From Trichinella spiralis (Eukaryota): DNA of 20,000 nucleotides. Within the stretch, counting starts at the first letter, position 1. Each line of letters opens with the position of its first letter. The stretch spans positions 235,123 to 255,122 of the forward strand of contig NW_003526945.1 of NCBI RefSeq assembly GCF_000181795.1, in the 5' to 3' direction. A model generated the notes under the pieces. The model searched no databases. It was not told the origin of the DNA and worked only from the letters and a program-made list of their open reading frames with translations. Positions 1-10,671 of the stretch are shown in pieces. The position numbers were made by a program, and so were the translations under genes.

Positions 1-1
1 T

Positions 2-672
2 GCAATGTCAAATTATAAGAGAATAATGGTCATCTGCGGCCCAGATAACAACGGAGGAAATGGCCTAGTCTGTGCTAGGCATTTAAAAAGCCTTGTAAGT
101 TTAAAATATTTTATAAATGATGACTTAAATAGCTATTTTTGTCTATTTTGTTTATAGAATTATGAGCCTCTAATCGTTTATGCGGCGAAACCAAAGTCAG
201 CCATAATGAAAAGACTTTTGTCTCAAGCTAGGGAATTTCAAATTCCCATTTTTGAAACAACAGATGATATTGATTGGTCACATGTTGACCTAATTATTGA
301 TGCAGTACAAGGATTGCATTCAAATCCTCCTGTTAAGAAACCTTATAAACAAATTGTAGCCTCAGTCATTGGGTTTATTTCAATTCCTATTGTTAGCATA
401 GATATTCCATCAGGTATGGTTTTCCCTTTTACTATTATTGAATTTAACATAATGCTCGTTATTTAGGATGGCACGCTGATGAAGGGCCGATTGGACCAGA
501 CGCTTTGCAACCTGAGGCTATAATATCGCTCACTGTACCAAAAAAATGCGCTGAGAAATTCACTGGTGAAATGCACATACTAGCTGGTCGTTTTGTTCCT
601 AAAACGCTTGATAAACAATATGAATTGCATCTGCCACCATACTCTAAAGACCATGACTACGTTTTACTGTAG
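2..672 (+). CDS. NAXE: NAD(P)H-hydrate epimerase (YjeF_N / ApoA-I binding protein family), 5'-partial. Exons <2-94, 158-413, 467-672.
   Basis: Spliced translation: ...[61 protein letters not shown]...[20 protein letters not shown]...[77 protein letters not shown]. It matches the YjeF_N motifs VxCGPGNNGGDG, SIDIPSGW, ISLTAPK and GRFVP. GT-AG introns at 95-157 (63 nt, phase 0) and 414-466 (53 nt, phase 1) keep the frame. Stop TAG at 670-672. Confidence 0.93.
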
Positions 673-1271
673 AACTATTCTTGTTATCTTTGCGTGTTTG
701 AAAAGAGAAATGAAAGAAAGTTAATTTTCAGTTTTTATGCCATTTAATTTTGATTTCCATTATAAATTTAACTTAAACTCATATAATTTGCTGATGACAA
801 GAATATTCAAGATGAGAATTCATAAATACCATTATTTACGTATAATATGTTACTGTAATATCCTGTTACTTTTGCATTCTAATTTTATGATTTGAAAATG
901 TATTTTATTCAAAATTTCAAAAAAACTTCCAGTGACGGGATTTTAATAAGAATACCACACCACAATAAAGTATTTTGTCACAAATCCTTTTTTACAACTT
1001 CATTTTCTGATTTTACTGCAGTATACCATATAGTGAGCTGGTTTTGTTATGTGGCACGTGTGTTAATAGAACAGAGTTATACAAGTCTTGTCGTTACTGC
1101 ATGTATGGCAGTAAAAGTGGAGTCATGTTTTATATTTAAAAAGCCAGACTTTTTATAGCTCTGCTCTGAAACTAAATAAAAATAGAACTGTAAGACAGGT
1201 ATATGACAAAATCACAATTGATGTGATGAAGAGCGTTAAAGAATACTGATCATCACATAGAAAAACTAAGG

Positions 1272-2238
1272 CAGCGATTCCCAAAGTGGGAGATATCACT
1301 CCCTTGGGAGCGGTGGAAGGCTGGAAGGGGGCGGTGGAAGTAAGGGGCACTTGGGGGGAGGGGCGCTTGAACACAATGTTTTATGCTTTGTGTTTATGTT
1401 GATATTTAAGAATATTAATTAATTATTTTGTGCTTAATGTGAAATGTGTCTTCATCTTCTTCGCTCATATTTGTATTTACGGTGGTGGCTTGACTGCGCT
1501 CCTGATCGCCGTTGAGCGATTATGTATTAATTGTGGATATGGAGTTAATTAATTTGGCAGTTGTTAGTCCATGCGACTTTGCTGGTTGCTTTTATCTGAG
1601 TAGCCTGGAAATCAGTCACCGCACTGAAGTCACGTTCAACTAAGTAGGAAGATGGGAAGGCGAGTAGGAACCTACTAGGAAATAGTGCCGCATGTACTTG
1701 CAAATGAAGACTCTAAATTGGGTGATAGACCCATTTTCAAACACTGACGAAATCGAAATGGAATTAGAAAAGGAATTAATTGATTTACAAATCAATGAAG
1801 AATTAAAACGAAAGTTTAAGAACGATTATCATTCTTTCTGGTTGCAAAAACAAATATCTGATCTCTATCCCGGTTTATGGAGAATGGTAAGAAAGTTCCT
1901 ACTCGTCTTCCCATCTTCCTATTTAGTTGAGCGTGGCTTCAGTGTGGTCACTGATTTTCTAACAAAAAAAGAAGCTGATTGCAAATCGCCAAACGTGGTG
2001 ATTTACGACTGTTCCTTACCAACATTGAACCCAATGTAGACAGATTAGTCGCAATGCACCAACTTCATCCATCACATTAATTATTTTCTCACTATATAAT
2101 TCATTTTGAAAGAACACTCGATTTGAATAAATAGTCTGTTTAAAAATTCATTATTTTTTTGACAATAATTTAGGGGGGCGTTTGAAAAGTATATGTCTCT
2201 CAAGGGGGTGATAGACTGAAAAAGTTTGGGAAACACTG
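1272..2238 (+). mobile_element. Non-autonomous, internally deleted hAT DNA transposon, Buster/Charlie type (967 bp)
   Basis: The left TIR CAGCGATTCCCAAAG (1272-1286) matches the reverse complement of the right end, CAGTGTTTCCCAAAC (2224-2238). The 8-bp TSD is AACTAAGG (1264-1271) / AACTAAAG (2239-2246), 7/8 identical, with the central TA typical of Buster targets. There are G-rich subterminal motifs at both ends and a transposase C-terminal remnant inside. Confidence 0.93.
1704..2080 (+). pseudogene. C-terminal fragment of a Buster-type hAT transposase (dimerisation region; ZBED5/ZBED8/SCAND3-like)
   Basis: WVIDPF...ELIDLQINEELK...FW...LYPGLW...LLVFPSSYLVERGFSVV, which includes the catalytic Glu motif. 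A frameshift in the A-run at ~1964-1969 is followed by S*LQIAKRGDLRLFLTNIEPNVDRLVAMHQLHPSH* (TAA 2078-2080). The N-terminal and most of the catalytic core are missing. Confidence 0.9.
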
Positions 2239-4839
2239 AACTAAAGGATTGCATAAAAAAATTAAAAATGATTTTCTAAATGCAGAGCATAAATCAAAGG
2301 CTATTTTGAGTTGCCTAGTGTTGCAGATGTTGCAAAGTTTAGCACCTCACTGGAACTCGTGGAAAACAGCATGAGCATATAAAGTGAGATTCCTCAGAAT
2401 CAACTGATGAATTATTTTCAGCAAACGCTTGTGAAAATAAAGCATAAGAAAACTGTTGACAGAAATGATTTATTATGATGTAGATATAAATGTATATGAA
2501 TATGTCATGAAATAGATGAAATTTCCAAAAAGTCTGGATAAATAGCGTGATAAAATGATAGAAGCGGAAACGCTTCAATAAAGAATATCAGATTTAGTGT
2601 CGTTTCCCGTTGGAGAGACAATTTAGCTTTATTGCTCAGAAAGCAAGGAAGTTTTAAGGAAAAAGTTTGCTAGGCCCTGTAAACCTGGCCAAAATAAGCA
2701 TATTCATCAGGTGTGTCACACTATAGATATCAGCGTATCCTTTTTCCCATATTGATTTTACTTATTTTTATAGTTCTGTGTGATCATCTATAAAGTTTTA
2801 CGTGTTGTTTAACTTGTTACTGTTATACTCTTTTTCTTGTGATACTGGTAAATTTTTTGCATTTCATATTATTTACTTAGTTTATATATAATTTAAAATC
2901 GTAAATTATGCAAAATTATATTTATTAGCCTAACGTGTATTCTCAAAGTTAAAGTTCAAAAAATTAATTTGTTCTAGTTTTGCACTAAATTACATTTTAA
3001 TTTAATATATTTGAAACATTTGTTCTAAATAATTTTAATTAATTTTAATAATTTAATTTTTTTAATATTTTAATTTTAATAAATATTAATCATTTTTATT
3101 ACCTTTATTTTAGCCACTTGCAATGATATTTGAGTGAACAATATGTCACATTCTTGTCTATATGTGCTTTTCATAATTGAAACAAAACAGGAAAGGAAAA
3201 ACAATGATAGGGAATTAAAAAACAAATTATGACTATGTAAATTATGTTTATCAGTGAAAATTCATCTAACATGAGCTATACGACTAGCATCCCTTTTAGC
3301 GCAGCCAGCTGAGCGTTGTTTCGCTATAATGCCGTTTCTAACTGGCCTTACTCGTGAATCATTTTTGTTCACTCAACCGCAACTTGCATGTCACGTGATT
3401 TATATGTGCTTGTTTATCAGTAGCTTCCACGTCACTTGAAACTACACTTATTACTTTGATTGGAAGCTAGTTAGCGCCAAGTAATACCCCGCTCATTGCT
3501 CATGATATGATCCTGAACAAAAGCGCTAAGCAAAACATCATTAAACGGGGTGATTATCCAGAGAAATGCTTTTCCTTTGTATTTTGTGAGAAAACACTTT
3601 TAACTTTTTAATAACTCAAAGTACAACATGGTTTAGCAGTGGTACAGAGATTACAAAAAGGAGAGTTTTGAATTTAATACAATTTGATATGGAGGATTTA
3701 AAATCAGTAATAAACATTTTTTAGATTATTTGACGATCATTACATCCAGTGCGGCTGATAAAAAGTAATAAGGAAGAATTAGAAAAAAGCAAAATACAGC
3801 CATCACCAATGCAAGCATGTCATTTCCAATGATGACAATTAATGCATGTAAAATTATAAATTTAAATCACTACAGATTATAAATTGTAAATGCTTATTTA
3901 AATTACGGCGAACAAGTTTGGGAGTACGTATATGCTAAAGAACTTCAGTTCATCGACTCGGCTATCTATGCCTGCCTACTATTGTGTTTCGCCATTTGTG
4001 TTGACAATTCTAACAGTTAAATAGCTCATTCTGGAGATGGGCCTCAACAACAATCATCTACTGATTAATCTGAATTAGGTGCATATTACACTACATTACT
4101 TTTATTTGCCATTTAAAATTTTATAATGCATAAAATCAAAATTACACTTTTTAATGTAATTAATATTTATGCTAAAATGTATGTCATCTATTTTTAATCT
4201 ATAAGAGTAATGATGAAAATAACATTAAGTTTAATTTGATATAAGCATAACTTAATATGAATGATATAATTCATCATAAACAATATAACTCACTATATGA
4301 AAAAATTTTAGTAAAATTACTAAAAATTTTATTGAGAACATGTGAAACATGCGTGAATTTTATAAGCGCTAGTTAGCACAGATTAATGGAATAATATTGA
4401 TACTAGCAAAATTTAAAATCATTTCAGGTGAAAAAAATTAGGTTATCTTGTTAAAAAATAAAAGTAAACAAAACTTTAAAAAAATTATTTCACAAATAAT
4501 ATGAAGCTACAAGAAACAAAGCAATAACGGAAAGATAATCATCGGCAATGCAATGAGCAAGTAAAATCACCAGTTGCGCAAAGCAACAGAAATTGAAGTA
4601 TTAACTGCCATTAAACTGGTGACATAAGTACTGTAGTATTAGTCACATGGATGTCATTTGACAGATCAGAGCACAACAAACGTTGATACAATACCGTAAC
4701 ATGCATAAGCGCTTTTATACGCACCAATCAATTAATTTTGAAATAAATTTTTCAAATTTATTATATCAGTTTTAAAATTCAACCACAATGCAGATAAAAT
4801 ATCTTTTTACGCTTCTGCTGTAAGCATAAATATGATTGT

Positions 4840-4892
4840 AATAATAATAACAATATTATAATTATAATAATAATAATAATTATTATTATTAA
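4840..4892. repeat. (AAT)n/(ATT)n low-complexity microsatellite
   Basis: The sequence reads taataataataac...ataataataataataattattattattaat. Confidence 0.8.
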
Positions 4893-5353
4893 TGCAATGT
4901 CAAGAATTTTAGATTTTTTTAAATAAAATAATAATAGCATCCAACCACTTCTATAGCGATTTTTGGCAAAATCTGTTTTCAGATATTACTTGAAAATCAT
5001 TTCGATGGTAGTTGTTACAGTTACATCTTTGTTGTTTTTATTGTTCTTTGTTGCATGTCATGTAATTGAGAAAATAATGTATTTAATATGAGTTTTCAGT
5101 TAGGGCTTTGCATTTCTAATAGCAGTAAGCTGTTGATCCTTTTTATAAGTACTTTACGCCTGTTATCTCTTCTACTTTTGACAGTTTTAATCAATTAAAG
5201 TAAGCTTTTTAGGATGTAAGTTATAATGTTTTTTTAGCCGTTTCGAATTGTTCCTTGAGTTTATTTAATTCAGTGACTAATTTTTATTTTAATGAAATTT
5301 TTAAAGAAGTACTATAGACTGTCATATTTACTTATAAAGATTCCATACAAAGA

Positions 5354-6296
5354 ATGGCTAGAGAAGGAAGTGATATATATACGGCGGAATGCATCATGAA
5401 TGAACGAAAGAGAAAGGTATGTATGTATATTTGTTGTGCATTAATTAGGAAGTTTTATTTGTAGTTAAAGTAATTTTTATTGTCTTCAGTTAATAGAAAG
5501 TTGAAGAGGTTGATGTCACTGTTAACATTGTTAAAGTAATTTTTAAAGACATCAATATCTTTTTTTTCGAATTATGCTTTGCTTATTATGATGTTTTTAA
5601 ATGTACAGTTTTACTTAAAATTAAAGTATGTTGTGACCACCTTAGATTATCAGTTGCTTCTATCTATGTAATAAAAAAAGCAGTGAATTTTAAGGGAAAA
5701 AAAGAGTATTTGGTGCGATGGGAAGGCTATTCTGAAAAGTGAGTTCACTTTCATAATTATGGTTTTTCCAGTTGAAATTAAATTAAAATTTAAGATATGA
5801 CACCTGGGAACCGGCAAGCCACATATTAGGATATGAATTACTGCAAGAATATAATGAGGCGAAAAAGAATGGTTTTAAAAATGCGTTTGAATATAATAAG
5901 CACAAGGAAAATCAGTTGGGCAAATCAGCTGCAAAGAAAAGTAAGAAGGAATCGAATGCACCGCAAACGAAAAATGCAGGAGAACAAGTTCGTCGAAAGG
6001 ACAAAAGTGGCGGTGGGAAACAGAAAAGTGAATTAAATGCTTCTGGTGATGACAAGAAAGAAGACGCTTCGGTTGTAAATCAAGAAGCAGAAGGCAAAGA
6101 AGAATCTGAAGCGGCAAAAAAGTTTTGTGAGTGGATTAAACAACTGCCATTGTCAATGAATTCAGGCCCATCACCTGGCTTATACAGTCGAAGTAATTTG
6201 ACAATCGGTGAATTTGAAGAGAAACTGGAACGATTTCTGCAGTTGCTCCGAGACCGAAAAAAGACCTCGTTATTGCATAAACCGAATAAGAATTAG
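5354..6296 (+). CDS. Chromodomain protein of the Polycomb/CBX type, 202 aa. Exons 5354-5416, 5695-5738, 5795-6296.
   Basis: MAREGSDIYTAECIMNERKRK|GKKEYLVRWEGYSEK|YDTWEPASHILGYELLQEYNEAKK..., followed by a K/E-rich linker and a short helical-looking C-terminus. The aromatic cage residues Y9, W30 and Y33 are present. Introns 5417-5694 (GTATGT..AAG, phase 0) and 5739-5794 (GTGAGT..AAG, phase 2) join in frame with ORF 5916-6296. Confidence 0.92.
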
Positions 6297-7262
6297 GTTT
6301 TTTCAATTATGTTTAAACAGTTTCGACTATAACTACTCGCTTACGAATCATTTACAATTAGTAAGAAAAATATGCTGATGGTATAATATAGTAGTTATTT
6401 ATTTTCACTAGTTTTGTTATTTTTGTTATTTTATTTTTTTTAGTTTTGTTATTTTTTAAGTTATTTCGTTATATTATTCTACTGCGTGTTTACTATTATA
6501 TACTGTTGTTCAATGTTGATGTGAGCGAGCTGAGATGATATCGCATCAGTCACACTATAATGCTGCTTTTCTTTCATTGGGTGATGGTTCTCGTAAAATA
6601 AATTCAGCTATTATTTCTCTGTGCATGTTATCAATTTTGTTATGTAATAAAAATCTTTTTTCAATGATTTGTTTTATATTTGTGAAACTTTCCGCTTGTA
6701 TTGACAGAGTGACGGTTGTTGTCGCTGTAAATGTTCAATATTTGTAATAGAGTATGAGTTTTTCAAATTTAAGAAATTTACAATTCTTAGGTGAATTTAT
6801 AATATCGTAATAATGTCGGACAAAATTTAAAGAAAACCAGTAATGTGCATTACATAACTTTGCACACAATAATGGAATTTTGAATCATAAGTTGAAAGCA
6901 ATAAAAGATAAATTTATCTTAAAATACAGTAAGATGAGATACAGTATACTAAAATAAAGTTCTATTTAGGTTTGCATCTAGATAACCTATATTTGAAAAA
7001 TTGACAATTAATATTAGCAGCAATCACTTAACAGCATATTGAAGTTATTTTTGATACAATATGTGCAATTTTGAAACATAATTGATTCTATACCAAAATT
7101 ATTGTACGTTATTGTGTAATTACTCAAATGCTGGAGATCAGTTGATTCACAGAATGAATAAGCAATTCAGTTGATTAGTTCTCATTGCTGGCTTTGCCTT
7201 TAAATCCGCGCAGTTCTTCGTTCGTTAATATACTGTCTGATTTTCGTCAGTGTAGCGTTTCA

Positions 7263-7296
<34 letters not shown>
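7263..7296. repeat. (CT)n microsatellite
   Basis: About 16 CT units with one interruption. Confidence 0.9.
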
Positions 7297-10200
7297 TGCT
7301 CTGCGCATTCTCTACGTTGTTAGTTAACTGCTGTGAATTGTCGCGCACGATTATATCTGCAATCTTCTTTTCTAGTTTCAAAAACTGTTCTTTTAAATAT
7401 ACATAAAGAATAATGTAACTTTTTATATCAACGGTTAAACAAGACCAATGTTACATTTCCTTCGTACTCTTGCAAATTCTGCATTTACATTTTCTATTGT
7501 CCTCAACATCACTTGTTTTATATTTACACTGAACATGATACGTTCACTATTTTTGTTCAGTTTTATTACAATGCAAAGAATAATACAAAAGCCCTCCTGA
7601 CTTCCTGTGTCAAGCGTCAATCATCTTCCACAGATTGTTGATTTCTGTTTGTTCATATGCATGAACAGGATGAACAAGATGAACCTCAACAATGAGAGTT
7701 CAGCGGAGGTGAGTGAGCTTAAAATAGATTTCATTTTTCAATTTTTCACTTTCATCAGTTTTGTTTAACATTTACATTGAGAATGTGTTGTTTATAAATT
7801 TGTTCTTTGAGATCTATTTTTCATCTCGATATATAGTTATTTCTTTCTTCTTAGTATTTATATTATTACTTTTTGTATTTTATTTGCAGGCTTCCAATTT
7901 TTTATTTTTATTTATTAAAGTTATTTTTCTCATCAATTTATTTTTTTAAATTGTTTTTCTACTTTAAATTTGTTTATTGTTTGTTCTGTTTTTGAAATTT
8001 GAAGTCTGATAAAACCATCATCTCAACAAAGAAATAACAAACGTGAAATCTGATTTGTGGACTTCCAAACGTTATAAAAACTCACTGGTATATATGTCAG
8101 TTGACGTGAGTGAACAATTTATTTTTATACATGTTGAACCTCTATATTTTTTCTCTCTAATGCATTACTTTATGTTTTATTAACTTTGTTTTCTTTTCTT
8201 CTAATTTCAAATTTTATTTTTCAAATATACTATATTTCTCAATGCTAAATCCATTTTTCTTGTTCCATTTCTAAAATGTGTTTCATAATTTTCTCCAAAA
8301 TTGCAAAAATGCATGGACTATAGAATTGGTTGTTTTTGCCAAAATCGGCGAAAAAGGTTTTTCCAATATTCATATATATTTTTTTGGTTGAAAAATTGGA
8401 TGATTCCGTTGAAAAAACTTATGAAATCTTACCATAATCCCATTTTGTTAACGTTCCTTTTTAATTCCTTTCTGCTTCGACGTCTTTAAAATACTATGTA
8501 AGTTTTCAATTATTGCGTTTATCTCAAAAAATACGCACTTACCAGGGGTCCCGATACATTCAAAGTAGAAAGCAAATAATTTTCAAAAGATATAAATCAA
8601 TTGCTTTCATTTTTGGATTAAAAATTTTTCTCCAAAATTGCAAAATTTCATGGACTATACACTTGGTTGTTTCTGCAAAAATCATCGAAAAGGGTTTTCT
8701 GAATATTTGGACTTTTTTTCATTTTTGTAATTTTTCATTGAGGAAAGTAAGTATTCACGGGAGTTTAACCTTAAACTGCCCAGTAGTTTTTGAATAAATG
8801 GTTTCTAAAGTTTCTTTTTTCTAAACTTCTGCCCATTTTAACACATAGGGATGTCGCCAATCAGCAACTGTTCTCCAACCGCCGGAATGACTGACAATTT
8901 CTGCAAATGAAACATTTTAGACATCAAATCTATTAGATTTATCCACATGTATATTTTTTTGATTGAATTAAATTCAATTTTAGAGCTGTTAAATAATCAT
9001 TAATTGCTGCGAATCAAAACGAAAGTGTTTTAAGTGTTTACCTTGACAAAAAGTAAACATTTCCTTGCACCCAATCCCGTTTACCATCTTTGTCATTGAT
9101 TAAACTCCTAATATATCCAACATGAGTGGCTATTTGAATTTACTTTTGCTTACTAACAACGACGCAATAACGATTTGCATAATCAGTATAATATGTGGTC
9201 GCCCAGAGTTGAAATTCATTACAATTGATATGAAATTAAATAAATTCAAAATTTATGTCAAATTATTGAACTCATGCATGGTATTTGTTCGAATCTTTAG
9301 AGAAATTTACCAATATGGACAGTGGAAATTAATCTGCGCATATCAGAAACTACGGCGTATTGCAAAATAGTTTTGGGTTAAGAGCAAGCAGTTTTGTGCC
9401 AGTTGAAGGTATGTAAATTGGGAATAACCCGCAATCGATGATTTTTTGAGAAATTTCATAAAGTTGCCAGTTTGAGGATTTGGAATTTTCAGAAAAAAAA
9501 GACTGGCATATTGCACGAAAACAACATTCTAATCTGCCAATTTTGGATAGTACTTATATCTAATTTGGAATCAATTAAAAATTTCTGTCAACAGCGGTTT
9601 ATAAATTTGAAAGTTTTTGTAACATTAATGAAAATCAAGAACAATTCTTGTAAAAAAACATTTATTTTTTTGGGTAAAAAAATTGATGGTTCCGTTCAAA
9701 AAATCATTGAAACCATACCGTATTCGCATTTTGTTAACATTCCTTTTTCATTCCTTATTATTTCAACACATTTAAAACCATATACATGCCATAGTTTTTT
9801 CCGTATATCTCAACAAATACGCCATCACTAGGGGTCCATGTGCATTTATAGTAAATAGCAAATAATTTTCAAAAGGTATAAATCAATTGTCTTAATTTTA
9901 GATTAAAAAAGATTTCTCGAAAATTGCAAAATTTCACGGATTACAGACTTGTTTGTTTTTGCAGAAAAAAGCGGAAAGGGTTTTCATAATATTTGGATTT
10001 TTTTTATTTTTATCACTTTTTGATGATGAAAGATATTGTTTTGGAGACTTTAACATTGAACATTCCAGTAGCTGTGCAATAAATGGTTTCAAAAGTTGAA
10101 GTACTTCCTATTTTAATACATACGATAGTCGCCCATTAGTAAGTGTTTTTCAACGGAACCCTAGACTTCCAGTTTCTGCACATTATACATTTCTGGCATG

Positions 10201-10658
10201 AAATTTGTTCGATTTTTACTAATATATATTTTTTAATATTAATTTAGTTGAATTTCTGAAATTACTGCTGTTAAATAATCATTAGTTTGCTGCCATTCAA
10301 AACGAAAGTGTTTTAAGTGTTTACCTTGACAAAAAGTAAACATTTCCTTGCACCCAATCCCGTTTACCATCTTTGTCATTGATTAAACTCCTAATATATC
10401 CAACATGAGTGGCTATTTGAATTTACTTTTGCTTACTAACAACGACGCAATAACGATTTGCATAATCAGTATAATATGTGGTCGTACACAGTTGAAATTC
10501 ATTACAATTGATATGAAATTAAATAAATTCAAAATTTATGTCAAATTATTGAACTCATGCATGGTATTTGTTCGAATCTTTAGAGAAATCTACCAATATG
10601 TACAGTGGAAATTAATCTGCGCATATCAAACTACGGCGTATTGCCAAATAGCTCTGGG

Positions 10659-10671
10659 NNNNNNNNNNNNN
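10659..10671. other. Assembly gap (13 N) inside the array
   Basis: N run. The flanks duplicate the same ~40 bp (gcatatca...) with read-end-type errors. Confidence 0.99.

Noticed and set aside
792..822. CTGATGA motif as a hammerhead core or C/D box
   Set aside because: No flanking stems, GAAA or matching D box.
4568..4622. 9-bp inverted repeat TCACCAGTT/AACTGGTGA as a pre-miRNA
   Set aside because: The interior does not pair, and chance could explain it.
6170..6230. SNLTIGEF as a degenerate Polycomb C-box
   Set aside because: It lacks the diagnostic ITDVT..N..TVT pattern, so the similarity is too weak.
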